A DNA stretch of 64,000 nt from Candidatus Doudnabacteria bacterium (lineage in GTDB: Bacteria > Patescibacteriota > Doudnabacteria > UBA920 > O2-02-FULL-48-8): the NCBI GenBank assembly GCA_016182875.1, contig JACPFQ010000004.1, positions 183,556 through 247,555 of the forward strand. Direction: 5' to 3'. A program made the position numbers and the translations under genes. Shown here piece after piece: positions 29,625 through 38,610 of this stretch; position 1 is the stretch's first letter; every line of letters begins with the position of its first letter. The notes beneath the pieces are model-generated. The model was not told the DNA's origin and searched no databases. It was given only the letters and a program-made list of their open reading frames with translations.

Positions 29625-30035
29625 ATGACACATTTAGTAAGATGGACACCTTTTCGAGAGCTTGAGAAAGCCTTTGAAGATGACTTCTTCTCAATTGCTA
29701 CTCGAATTCATTCGCCTGCGGTTAATCTCTACGAAACGGAGAACGAAGTCGTGGCTGAGGTTTCCATTCCCGGGATCGATCCAAAAAAGGTAAGTGTGGA
29801 AATCGAGAATAACGTGCTTCATATCCGCGGCGAGGAGTCGTCGGAGCAAGAGGATAAAGGCAGAGACTATTACCGGAAAGAAATAAGGTCTGGAATGTTC
29901 GGCCGCTCGATCGGACTGCCGACTGAAGTCGACGCCGATAAGGTTAAGGCGACCTCGCAAAACGGGATCCTAAAGATCGTCATGCCCAAGAGCGAAAAGT
30001 CAAAGCCCAAGCGGGTGGATGTCGAGGTAAAGTAA
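29625..30035 (+). CDS. Hsp20/alpha-crystallin family small heat-shock protein
   Basis: Alpha-crystallin domain (...AEVSIPGIDPKKVSVE...GILKIVMPK); AAGGAG RBS. Confidence 0.8.
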   Translation: MTHLVRWTPFRELEKAFEDDFFSIATRIHSPAVNLYETENEVVAEVSIPGIDPKKVSVEIENNVLHIRGEESSEQEDKGRDYYRKEIRSGMFGRSIGLPTEVDADKVKATSQNGILKIVMPKSEKSKPKRVDVEVK

Positions 30036-30042
30036 GAATTAT

Positions 30043-30131
30043 TGTCTTTGCGAGCGAAGCGAAGCAATCTCATCCCGAGAAAAGAGATTGCTTCGTCGAC
30101 CGGCAATTCGCCGGTCTCCTCGCAAAGACAG
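30043..30131. repeat. 89-bp nested palindromic element in the dnaK 5' region
   Basis: tgtctttgcgag|cgaagcgaagcaatctc...gagattgcttcg|tcgaccggcaattcgccggtc|tcctcgcaaagacag, three nested stems. Confidence 0.6.
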
Positions 30132-30199
30132 CTTGATGAGTCTACGAAAAAGGTTCGCAGATTCGTTTAGCTAAATAATCACGAAAGGACAAAACAAGC

Positions 30200-32053
30200 A
30201 TGGCAAATAAAATAATCGGCATTGATTTGGGAACATCAAACAGTGCAGCGTCGGTAATGGAAGCAGGCAGCGCGGTGATCATCCCTTCTGCCGAAGGGCA
30301 AACCGCATCGGGCAAGGCGTTCCCGTCTTACGTGGCCTTCTCCAAAGACGGCCAGCTTCTGGTTGGCGAACCGGCGAGGAGACAGGCAGTGACCAACCCC
30401 GAAGGCACGGCGTTTGAATTCAAGCGCAAGATGGGCACCACTCAAAAGTTCACTTTGCAGGGGAAAGAATACACACCGGAACAGCTTTCGGCTTTCTTGC
30501 TTCAAAAAATCAAGAAGGACGCCGAGGCTTATTTGGGGCAGCCAGTGGCCAAAGCCGTGATTACGGTGCCGGCTTACTTTGATGATAGCCAGAGGCTGGC
30601 CACCAAGAACGCCGGGGAAATCGCGGGACTGGAAGTGGTGCGCGTGATAAACGAGCCGACAGCCGCGGCGTTTGCCTATGGCATCGACAAAAGCCACCAG
30701 GAGCAGAAAATTCTGGTGTTTGATTTGGGCGGCGGCACGCTTGATGTGACGATCATGGACTTTGGCGAGGAAAAAGGCCAGGCGACATTTGAGGTGCTTT
30801 CGACCTCAGGCGATACGCAGCTTGGCGGCAAAGACATGGATGCGGCTCTAATCAACTTCGTAGCGGAAGAGTTTAAACGGGAAACTGGAATTGATTTGAA
30901 TTCCGACAAAATGGCCATGAATCGCGTGCGCGAAGCCGTGGAAAAAGCCAAAATCGAGCTTTCGACTGTTTTGGAAACTGATCTTAACTTGCCGTTTATT
31001 TCGGCTGACGCGGCTGGTCCCAAGCATCTGAACATGAAAATCACCCGCGCCAAGCTTGAGGAGCTGGTCAAACCCATCATCGAGCGCATGAAGCAGCCGG
31101 TATCGACAGCACTTTCTGACGCCAAGCTGACTCCTCCGCAGATTGGCAAGATTATTTTGGTCGGCGGTCCCACCAGGATGCCGATTGTCCAGAAATTCGT
31201 GGAAGAGTTCATTGGCAAGCAGGTGGAGCGCGGGGTCGACCCCATGGAAGCCGTGGCCAAAGGAGCGGCTATTCAGGCGGGGGTTTTGTCAGGCGATGTT
31301 TCTGGAAAAGAAATTTTATTGCTTGACGTCACTCCATTGACCTTGGGCCTGGAAACTCTGGGCAGTGTGGCTACGCCGTTGATTGACCGCAACACCACCA
31401 TTCCCACTTCCAAATCGCAAGTTTTTTCCACTGCGGCGGACAACCAGACCTCGGTTGAGATTCATGTGGTCCAGGGCGAGCGGCCTATGGCGGCGGACAA
31501 CAAATCTCTGGGCAGATTTCATCTTGACGGCATTCCGCCGGCGCCAAGGGGGGTGCCGCAGGTCGAAGTCACGTTCGATATTGACGCCAACGGCATTCTG
31601 CATGTGACGGCAAAAGACAAGGCGACGAGCAAGTCGCAGAAGATCAGCATCACCGGCTCAAGCAATCTTTCCAAAGATGAAATCGAAAAGATGAAGAAGG
31701 AAGCCGAGATGCACGCCGAAGAGGATCGCAAGCGCAAAGAGACTATAGATATGAGAAATCAGGCTGACACGTTGATTGCGGTTTCCGAACGGACGCTCAA
31801 AGACGCCGGTGATAAGGTAATAGAAGCTGACCGCAAGGCCGTGAATGAAAAAATCGACGCGCTTAAAGCCGCAAAGGGTGAAGACGATGTCGCGGCCATA
31901 AGGAAAGGGATGGACGAACTTTCGGCTGCCATTCAAAAAGTAGGGGCGGCTATGTACCAGAGTCAGAAAACAGATAACAGCAAGCAGGAAACAGGTAAGA
32001 GCCAACAAGGGCCGGTGGATGCTGAATTCAAAGACGTGAGTGATAAAAAGTGA
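30200..32053 (+). CDS. dnaK: molecular chaperone DnaK (Hsp70)
   Basis: [18 protein letters not shown], full Hsp70 length. Confidence 0.95.
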   Translation: MANKIIGIDLGTSNSAASVMEAGSAVIIPSAEGQTASGKAFPSYVAFSKDGQLLVGEPARRQAVTNPEGTAFEFKRKMGTTQKFTLQGKEYTPEQLSAFLLQKIKKDAEAYLGQPVAKAVITVPAYFDDSQRLATKNAGEIAGLEVVRVINEPTAAAFAYGIDKSHQEQKILVFDLGGGTLDVTIMDFGEEKGQATFEVLSTSGDTQLGGKDMDAALINFVAEEFKRETGIDLNSDKMAMNRVREAVEKAKIELSTVLETDLNLPFISADAAGPKHLNMKITRAKLEELVKPIIERMKQPVSTALSDAKLTPPQIGKIILVGGPTRMPIVQKFVEEFIGKQVERGVDPMEAVAKGAAIQAGVLSGDVSGKEILLLDVTPLTLGLETLGSVATPLIDRNTTIPTSKSQVFSTAADNQTSVEIHVVQGERPMAADNKSLGRFHLDGIPPAPRGVPQVEVTFDIDANGILHVTAKDKATSKSQKISITGSSNLSKDEIEKMKKEAEMHAEEDRKRKETIDMRNQADTLIAVSERTLKDAGDKVIEADRKAVNEKIDALKAAKGEDDVAAIRKGMDELSAAIQKVGAAMYQSQKTDNSKQETGKSQQGPVDAEFKDVSDKK

Positions 32054-32061
32054 CACGAAAG

Positions 32062-32119
32062 TGTCATCCTGAACGCAGTGAAGGATCCCATGAGATTCAC
32101 AGCGAAGCTCAGAATGACA
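32062..32119. repeat. palindromic element (tgtcatcctgaacgcagtgaaggatccc / gagattcacagcgaagctcagaatgaca)
   Basis: Same family as 28989..29046; just 3' of dnaK. Confidence 0.55.
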
Positions 32120-32130
32120 GAAAGGCTTAA

Positions 32131-32427
32131 ATGCAAAATAACCAACCGCAAAACGTCAATATCAAAATCTCAGACGAGATTCTTAAGGGCCAGTATGCGA
32201 ACATGATGATGATTACGCATACCAAAGAGGAATTTGTGCTCGACTTCATGAACGTCCTCCCGCCGCAGGGGATGGTCGTCAGCCGGGTTATCACGAGCCC
32301 CGGGCATATAAAAAGAATTGTCGCCGCACTTTCGGAAAATCTTAAAAAATACGAGGACCAGTTCGGCCAAATCGTGGAAGCGCCAACACCGTCAAATGCG
32401 GAAATAGGGTTCAAGACCCAGGGCTAA
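32131..32427 (+). CDS. DUF3467 family protein
   Basis: ~100 aa; conserved YANMMMITHTKEEFVLDF...PEHAKRLxxAL-like core. Confidence 0.55.
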   Translation: MQNNQPQNVNIKISDEILKGQYANMMMITHTKEEFVLDFMNVLPPQGMVVSRVITSPGHIKRIVAALSENLKKYEDQFGQIVEAPTPSNAEIGFKTQG

Positions 32428-32579
32428 TATGCCAGGTACTGAAATTTTGACCCGCGATTATGTTTTTCAGGTAAAGAACCCTCAATCAAAAACATATCGC
32501 GATATTAATTTTCGACCAGGCATAAGAACAGGCCTTAAGTGGTCGAATAATTAAGTCAAATTTCTAGTACCTGGTATGC
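32427..32579. mobile_element. MITE-like element with ~25-bp terminal inverted repeats; internal copy of the trxB-3'-like repeat
   Basis: Left arm atatgccaggtactgaaattttgacc (32427..32452), right arm gtcaaatttctagtacctggtatgc (32555..32579); interior 32429..32519 ~90% identical to 3628..3714. Confidence 0.5.
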
Positions 32580-33469
32580 AAAAAATTAAGATTTACTCTC
32601 TCGGCGCTGTCTGCCTGCTCTCGCTCTTGTTCGACTGGTGGCTCATCAACCTGGCTTTGTACAGCGGCAGGCCGTTGACTTTTTGGCTCTGGCCAATTCT
32701 ACTAAGCTTGGTTTGGGCCGCGGTTTTGAGTTTATTTTCCCTGGCCAACTACCAGAAGTGGCTGTTCCAAGCCTTGATTGCCGGAGGATTAATCGCCTAT
32801 CTGGCAGTCTTTCCTTCGGATAAATTTGTCTGGTTGGGCGGAATGCTGTTTTTTATCCTAGTTTACCTTTTTGAACATCGAATCAAATCGTTGGGAAAAA
32901 ACCAATCGCATTTTTCCATCAGGCACTTGGTTGGAAGCAGCATCATAATTTTGAGTTACGCGTTTTTGCTTTTATTGGGCTTCAATATTTACCATAATAC
33001 TTCGGAAGACTTCAAGCGGAATCCGGAACAGTTTTATAATCGTCTCGGAGAATCCACCGCCAAAAGCTTCCGGGCATCAGGGCGATTGGGCGAGCAGTTT
33101 AATTTCAACCAGTCACTTGACGAGTTTTTGGTCAAACAGGCAGCAGAGGAAGATCGAGGCAATTTTGATTTAACGGCTACTCGTGAGGAATTATTAAGGC
33201 GATTTGGGATTAATGCTTCCGGTTCAGAAACCCTGGCGGAAATTTTTGCTCGCGCCGCCACTGACCAAGTCAAGGATATTGCCTCCAAATACGAACGCGT
33301 CTTTCCGTTAATCTTTACGGTCGTGGTCATGGCCTTATTGCGAACGTTTGCATTTTTATTTAATTGGCTGGCGATTTTTGTAAGCTGGCTTTTGTTTAAA
33401 ATTTTGCTGGCAGTTAAGTTTTTTAGAATCAGTAAGGTGACGGTCGAAGTCGACAAGCTTGAGATTTAA
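32576..33469 (+). CDS. polytopic membrane protein, unknown function
   Basis: 6+ predicted TM helices; start codon supplied by the right TIR of the upstream element. Confidence 0.5.
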   Translation: MQKIKIYSLGAVCLLSLLFDWWLINLALYSGRPLTFWLWPILLSLVWAAVLSLFSLANYQKWLFQALIAGGLIAYLAVFPSDKFVWLGGMLFFILVYLFEHRIKSLGKNQSHFSIRHLVGSSIIILSYAFLLLLGFNIYHNTSEDFKRNPEQFYNRLGESTAKSFRASGRLGEQFNFNQSLDEFLVKQAAEEDRGNFDLTATREELLRRFGINASGSETLAEIFARAATDQVKDIASKYERVFPLIFTVVVMALLRTFAFLFNWLAIFVSWLLFKILLAVKFFRISKVTVEVDKLEI

Positions 33470-33508
33470 GATTTAAGATTAAGGATTTAGGATTAAGGTT
33501 AACTTACT

Positions 33509-34639
33509 ATGGCCAAGGACTATTATTCAACTTTAGGGGTTTCGAAGACCGCGAGTCCGGAAGAAATCAAACGGGCGTATCGCCGTTTGGCGCATGAGCA
33601 TCATCCGGACAAAGGCAACGGCAATGAGGAGAAGTTTAAAGAAATAAATGAGGCGTACCAGGTGCTTTCGAATCCGGAAAAGAGACAGCAGTACGACCAG
33701 TTCGGGACTGCCTTTGACAGCCGGGCTGGGGCGCAGGGATTTAGCGGTTTCGACCCCAATGACTTCATGCGAGGGTTTGGTTTTTCGGGCTCTGCGGATT
33801 TTGAGGACGCATTCGATATTTTTTCGGACATGTTTGGAAGGCCTGCCAGAACCAGGGTCCGGCGCGAACGAGGCGTCGATTTGGAGATGGAAATCAATTT
33901 GTCTTTCGAGGAAGCCGTTTTTGGAACCGAAAAGGATATTTCCCTGGAAAAGCGGGATGTTTGCCAAAGATGCAAAGGAAGCGGGGCCGAAGTTGGAAGC
34001 AAAGTCAGCACCTGCCCCAAGTGCCACGGAACCGGGCAAATCAGGACTTCCCGAAGAACGATTTTTGGGCAGATTGCGCAGGTTGCCGCCTGCGACGAAT
34101 GTGAAGGAAGCGGCAAAGTCGCGGAAATCGTCTGTTCAGAATGTCAGGGCAGCGGGATAGCAAGGCGAACCAAGCGTTTGAAGGTAAAAATTCCAGCCGG
34201 GGTGGATGACGACTCGAGGCTTCGAATTCCTGGTGAGGGCGAAGCTGGGTACAAAGGTTCAAACTTTGGCGACCTTTACCTGCGAATTAATGTCGCGCCC
34301 CATTCTACCCTGCAGAGAGAAGGGTTCAACATTTTATCCGAGCTGCCTTTGAGTTTTTATCAGGCCGCACTCGGGACTCAAGTGGAAGTGGAAACAGTCG
34401 ACGGCAGAGTCAATCTGAAAATCCCAGCAGGCACTCAGTCGGAGAAGACCTTTAGGTTAAAAGGCAAGGGTGTGCCGATCATGGGCCGGTCCGGCCGAGG
34501 CGACCATTTGGTTACAGTGCACGTAATAACGCCCACGAAACTCACGAAAAAAGAAAAAGAATTGTTCAAAAAGCTGGCGGGAGAAAACGGCGAGTCCGTG
34601 GACGTGGACGAAAGCTTTTGGGGTAAGTTTAAGTCTTAA
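33509..34639 (+). CDS. dnaJ: molecular chaperone DnaJ
   Basis: J domain HPD motif, G/F region, four CxxCxGxG zinc-finger repeats. Confidence 0.9.
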   Translation: MAKDYYSTLGVSKTASPEEIKRAYRRLAHEHHPDKGNGNEEKFKEINEAYQVLSNPEKRQQYDQFGTAFDSRAGAQGFSGFDPNDFMRGFGFSGSADFEDAFDIFSDMFGRPARTRVRRERGVDLEMEINLSFEEAVFGTEKDISLEKRDVCQRCKGSGAEVGSKVSTCPKCHGTGQIRTSRRTIFGQIAQVAACDECEGSGKVAEIVCSECQGSGIARRTKRLKVKIPAGVDDDSRLRIPGEGEAGYKGSNFGDLYLRINVAPHSTLQREGFNILSELPLSFYQAALGTQVEVETVDGRVNLKIPAGTQSEKTFRLKGKGVPIMGRSGRGDHLVTVHVITPTKLTKKEKELFKKLAGENGESVDVDESFWGKFKS

Positions 34640-34692
34640 ATCAATTCACTCTAGAAAAAAACCCGCAAAACGCAGGGTCATGCGGGGTAACT

Positions 34693-35355
34693 TTATTGTT
34701 TCAGAACATCGCGCATTGAATACCATCCGGTCTTGCCGGCTACCCAATTTGCTGCCAACAGCGCTCCTTGTGCGAAGGCTTTACGATCCTTGGCGGTGTG
34801 GGTCAGCTCGATGGTGTCCGACGGACTGTCGAACCCCACCGTGTGGATGCCGGAGATTGAGCCAGCTCGCGTGAATGAGACGTCGATGGCGCGATTGAAG
34901 CCAGCCTGTGTCATGGTGTTGCGAAGCATCAAGGCGGTGCCTGAGGGCGCGTCTCGCTTGGCCGCGTGGTGCGCTTCATATATCCATGCGCCGTATTGCG
35001 GCTGAGCCTGGAGCAGCCTCGCGGCCTCTGCCACGACCATCTGAAAGAGGTTGACGCCAATGGAGAAGTTCGGGGCAGCCACTACGCCCAGCCCGGCATG
35101 TTCTGCCTCGGTGCGCAGTCGGCTTTCATGCTCGGACCATCCCGTCGTCCCGATGACGACGTGCAGTTTCCGTTCCGCGTACTGTCCAAAATTGGCAATC
35201 AGCGCTTCAGCAGTGGAGAAGTCGATTGCCACGTCCGCCCGGTTCCACTCATTCCGTTCTCGGTTGACGCGGCCTACTACTTCGAAACCCTGTTCCGTAG
35301 CCAGCTGATCTATTAGCCGGCCCATCTTGCCGTATCCGACAATCAGGATTTTCAT
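34693..35355 (-). CDS. dapB: 4-hydroxy-tetrahydrodipicolinate reductase
   Basis: MKILIVGYGKMG N-terminal Rossmann, DapB C-terminal domain; GC-rich. Confidence 0.85.
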   Translation of the reverse strand: MKILIVGYGKMGRLIDQLATEQGFEVVGRVNRERNEWNRADVAIDFSTAEALIANFGQYAERKLHVVIGTTGWSEHESRLRTEAEHAGLGVVAAPNFSIGVNLFQMVVAEAARLLQAQPQYGAWIYEAHHAAKRDAPSGTALMLRNTMTQAGFNRAIDVSFTRAGSISGIHTVGFDSPSDTIELTHTAKDRKAFAQGALLAANWVAGKTGWYSMRDVLKQ

Positions 35356-36197
35356 CTTTTGCTCCAGAAAAACGGGGCGCACAGAGGCGGCCGATACACG
35401 GGCTCCATCAGACCCCGCATGCTCATTACCACTTTCACCGGGATGGGGTTGGTCTCCACGAACAGCGCCTGAACGAGCGGGAACAGTTGGTAGTTGATTC
35501 GCCGCGCCGTCGCCCAGTTGCCGTCGAGCGCCGCATACACCATGTCCACGGTTTCGCGAGGCATGGGGTTTGAGATCACGGAGATCACCCCGTGTCCGCC
35601 GATGCTGATGAGCGGCAGCGTGAGCGCGTCGTCGCCGGACAGATACGTCAGGCGGTCGCCGCAGAGCTGGATGTCAGTCATCATCTGATCGAGCTTGCCG
35701 GTCGCTTCCTTGACGCCCACGATGTACGGATGTTCCGACAGCTCGGCCAGGGTCGGCGGCAGCAGGTCCACGCCCGTACGCGACGGGATATTGTACACGA
35801 TCACGGGCAGGCCGACATCGGCAATTGCGCGGAAATGGGCCAGGAGGCCAGCCTGGGTAGGCCGATTGTAGTACGGTGTCACCACCAGGCAGCCGTCAGC
35901 ACCCGCCTCCTTCGCGTGCTGGGTCAGGCTGACTGCCTCGGCCGTGGCGTTTGAGCCAGTGCCGGCGATGACCGGCACGCGACCCGCGGCTTCTTCGATT
36001 ACGATTTCGGTAACCCGCCGCTGCTCGTCGTGAGAAAGCGTCGGGCTTTCGCCGGTCGTCCCGCAAGGGACGAGGAAATCGATACCCTGCGCGATCTGCC
36101 AGTTCACCATGCGCCGCAGGACTGTCTCATCCACCGAAAGATCCGGGTCGAACGGCGTGACCATGGCGGTCCCGCAACCCTTAAATGTGCGCTTCAT
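35352..36197 (-). CDS. dapA: 4-hydroxy-tetrahydrodipicolinate synthase
   Basis: DapA family (GTTGES, active-site Lys region); GC-rich; start set at MKRTFKG. Confidence 0.85.
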   Translation of the reverse strand: MKRTFKGCGTAMVTPFDPDLSVDETVLRRMVNWQIAQGIDFLVPCGTTGESPTLSHDEQRRVTEIVIEEAAGRVPVIAGTGSNATAEAVSLTQHAKEAGADGCLVVTPYYNRPTQAGLLAHFRAIADVGLPVIVYNIPSRTGVDLLPPTLAELSEHPYIVGVKEATGKLDQMMTDIQLCGDRLTYLSGDDALTLPLISIGGHGVISVISNPMPRETVDMVYAALDGNWATARRINYQLFPLVQALFVETNPIPVKVVMSMRGLMEPVYRPPLCAPFFWSKR

Positions 36198-36604
36198 GTT
36201 CTTCCTCCGATTATGGCTCTGCTCTTCGGCAGCGGAGCTGGTGTCCAGAACTCTCAAGCACAAGCTTTATTACTACTTGCGCCGAAGAGACTTTACACCA
36301 AGAAAGCCGCCTTCTTTCGAAGGCGGCTTTAGGTGATTTGATTAGGCTAGAACTGATTAATCAAGACTCACCAAAAAGCTACCTTCAGAGGAAGGCTTCT
36401 TACCGTACTTTTTGCTTGAGAAAGTCTGATTAGTCATCGTTAGCTAATACTAAATTAAAATTCCGTTGTTGTCAATTTGGTGTGGCTTTACAATCACGCT
36501 CGAACGTATTTTAGCAAAAATTTGTAAAAAATGACAGAGAGCCGCGCTATGCGCGGCACAATAGCTGTAATGCGCTCGGGCGCGGCGGAATCCCCCTAAA
36601 TTCC

Positions 36605-36648
36605 AAAAATAAAAACCAGCAACATTTTCTCCTTTCGAGTGTTGCTGG
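36605..36648 (-). terminator. rho-independent terminator for the minus-strand operon 37902->36684
   Basis: ccagcaaca-N15-tgttgctgg hairpin followed on the minus strand by T-run. Confidence 0.6.
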
Positions 36649-36683
36649 CCTTGTGGGAGTTGATTAGGAACGAAACCTCTTCG

Positions 36684-37226
36684 CTATTTACTCGCCTCGG
36701 GCATCCCGAAACGAAGCGCCGGACGGACATAGTTTAGGTTGTCGTCGAGACAGTGCCAGTGCTCACCTAGGGAGCCCCGGTACACACCGAGGTATGGAAC
36801 GAACAGGCGACCGTTGTAGTGCTCGACGACCCAGCGCCATCCGAAGACAGCCTTTCCCAGGAAGTATCTCTCGTAAAATTCTTTTCCCCGAGGCCGAATG
36901 ATTTGGAGTTCGAAGAGACCGGCACAGCCGGCGAGGAGGTCGCCTGCCTTGAGCGCTTCGTACACGGCATGGCCGGTAACCCCAGCGTCAGTGTCTTGGC
37001 CTGGCGCAAGCCAAAGTTCGAACCGGGCTGTATAGAACTTTTTCGGACTGGTTTCTTCCAACTCTCGATGCACCCTCTTTCGTACCCAGCTTGGATAGGC
37101 TGGTCGGAGTACTGGCCTGCGGGATTCAATCACAAGCTCGGCACGATCCTCGCAACTCACCTTGATTTCGACTTCTCGTCGGTGAGGATAGTCGTAATCT
37201 GGAGAAAACGTTGGGTCGATATTCAT
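36684..37226 (-). CDS. GC-rich hypothetical protein (180 aa)
   Basis: ORF, coding-like composition, no recognisable motifs. Confidence 0.45.
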   Translation of the reverse strand: MNIDPTFSPDYDYPHRREVEIKVSCEDRAELVIESRRPVLRPAYPSWVRKRVHRELEETSPKKFYTARFELWLAPGQDTDAGVTGHAVYEALKAGDLLAGCAGLFELQIIRPRGKEFYERYFLGKAVFGWRWVVEHYNGRLFVPYLGVYRGSLGEHWHCLDDNLNYVRPALRFGMPEASK

Positions 37227-37248
37227 GATAATCCTCCTGTCGAAGAGC

Positions 37249-37902
37249 TTACTCGTCCCGCGAGTCCTTGTTGCGTCCGGCTTCCTCTCCGGGCGCGAAG
37301 AGATCGAGAAGCCCGCGCCCGCGAGCGCTTGCTTCCATCACTCTACGCTCCAGCCTTGCGTCCATTTTGTCCAGAGAAGTGGACGAGTTTGCAACTGGTG
37401 CAAGATCATGCGTTTCGAGCACCTCGCATCTTTCAAGCCAGACTAGCGCCGCATTTCGAGGGTCACTCACCCTCGTTAAATCATGTCGCGCTATAATCTT
37501 GGCTGCGTTCCGTTCCTCTCGTGGGAGCGGATAGGCTGTAGAGAGTTCCAGTGGTCGACCACCCGACTCGCAGCGAACGAACCATCCTCCTTCGTGTTTT
37601 CTCAACTCCGTTTTTTTCGTTAACGAGCGATCCTGCCGCTTGCCAACGGACCTGATTGTGTACATCCGTTTAGGCCAGTCTTCCAGACTTTTTCGGAGAT
37701 CCTGCACCTCCTGTTCTGTTGCGCTGAAGCGAAGAGTACTGTCCTCAATGGGTGGCTTTTCCGTCCCCATTTGATCGAGTATGTTCTGAGCCAGAACGAG
37801 GACTTCGTAGAAGGCAAATGGCTCTAGCCGGAGTATGTATTTTCTCCTCGTTGGCTTAAAAACGCCGACCGCGTGGTCGGTGTTTCGTTTGCGATTTGGC
37901 AA
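37249..37902 (-). CDS. GC-rich hypothetical protein (217 aa)
   Basis: ORF; first gene of two-gene operon with consensus promoter upstream. Confidence 0.45.
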   Translation of the reverse strand: MPNRKRNTDHAVGVFKPTRRKYILRLEPFAFYEVLVLAQNILDQMGTEKPPIEDSTLRFSATEQEVQDLRKSLEDWPKRMYTIRSVGKRQDRSLTKKTELRKHEGGWFVRCESGGRPLELSTAYPLPREERNAAKIIARHDLTRVSDPRNAALVWLERCEVLETHDLAPVANSSTSLDKMDARLERRVMEASARGRGLLDLFAPGEEAGRNKDSRDE

Positions 37903-37974
37903 TACGAATTTAGCCGACCACTGGCCGGCTCTTCTTGGTAGAAGATTGCATTTGCAATAAATTCATATGTTGAA

Positions 37975-38003
37975 AGTATAATCAAATGACTTTACACTGT
38001 CAA
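37975..38003 (-). promoter_or_regulatory. consensus sigma70-like promoter (TTGACA-N17-TATACT) reading into 37902
   Basis: Minus-strand ccTTGACAgtgtaaagtcatttgatTATACTttc. Confidence 0.5.
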
Positions 38004-38006
38004 GGC

Positions 38007-38034
38007 TTGAATATTATTGTTAAATCAGTATAAT
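38007..38034 (+). promoter_or_regulatory. putative promoter of tRNA-Lys (TTGAAT-N16-TATAAT)
   Basis: -10 ends 11 nt before tRNA 5' end. Confidence 0.45.
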
Positions 38035-38045
38035 ATCTAAGCACT

Positions 38046-38122
38046 GGGTGCATAGCTCAGCCTGGTAGAGCACCTGCCTTTTAAGCAGAGGGTCGCAGGT
38101 TCGAATCCTGCTGCACCCACCA
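38046..38122 (+). tRNA. tRNA-Lys (anticodon UUU), CCA encoded
   Basis: Cloverleaf; anticodon loop CTTTTAA; T-arm GGTTCGAATCC. Confidence 0.9.
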
Positions 38123-38342
38123 AGTATCTCTTATTCGAATGACAGGGTTATTTGCGATCTTGTTTCGACAAATATAATCAAGCGGTTCGTTTAATTCCGC
38201 TTGTGTAATTCTGCCATCTCGCATGTAAAGTTTTTTGAATATAGTTTTAGCCAAGAGAGCCTTCAATTCTGGTTCTTTTCTGGTGGGGCTGCTGCCGATA
38301 TGTCCACGGCTGCACCTACATGGAAAAGGTGTAAAATCAAAG

Positions 38343-38370
38343 AGCGGATTAAATTCCGCTCTTTTTTTCT
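38343..38370 (+). terminator. rho-independent terminator
   Basis: agagcgga ttaaa ttccgctct + T7; a related hairpin caagcgg..ttaattccgcttg at ~38180..38205. Confidence 0.55.
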
Positions 38371-38610
38371 AATCTGACGGGAATAGCAAGCGAGAGGAAA
38401 ACCCTCTTCGCCTTTCAGCCCTCAATTTTGCTCCAGTTATACTCGGCTGAACTCTTGGTGGATCCGTAAGCCTGGAATTGCTTTTTACCGCACAAGGCGG
38501 ATTTATTGCACAATACTATTTCCAGCCAATAGGCCGAAAAACACCAACTCTCGCCATTCCAAGGGGATTATAACAGGTTTTATAAGCTAGAATATGTGGG
38601 CCAATTTAAT

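Noticed and set aside
3628-32519. Possibility that the two trxB-like direct repeats are attL/attR of a 29-kb integrated element
   Set aside because: The intervening DNA is core housekeeping (ribosomal proteins, dnaK, uvrA, rnj, tRNA-Leu) with backbone composition and no integrase/recombinase
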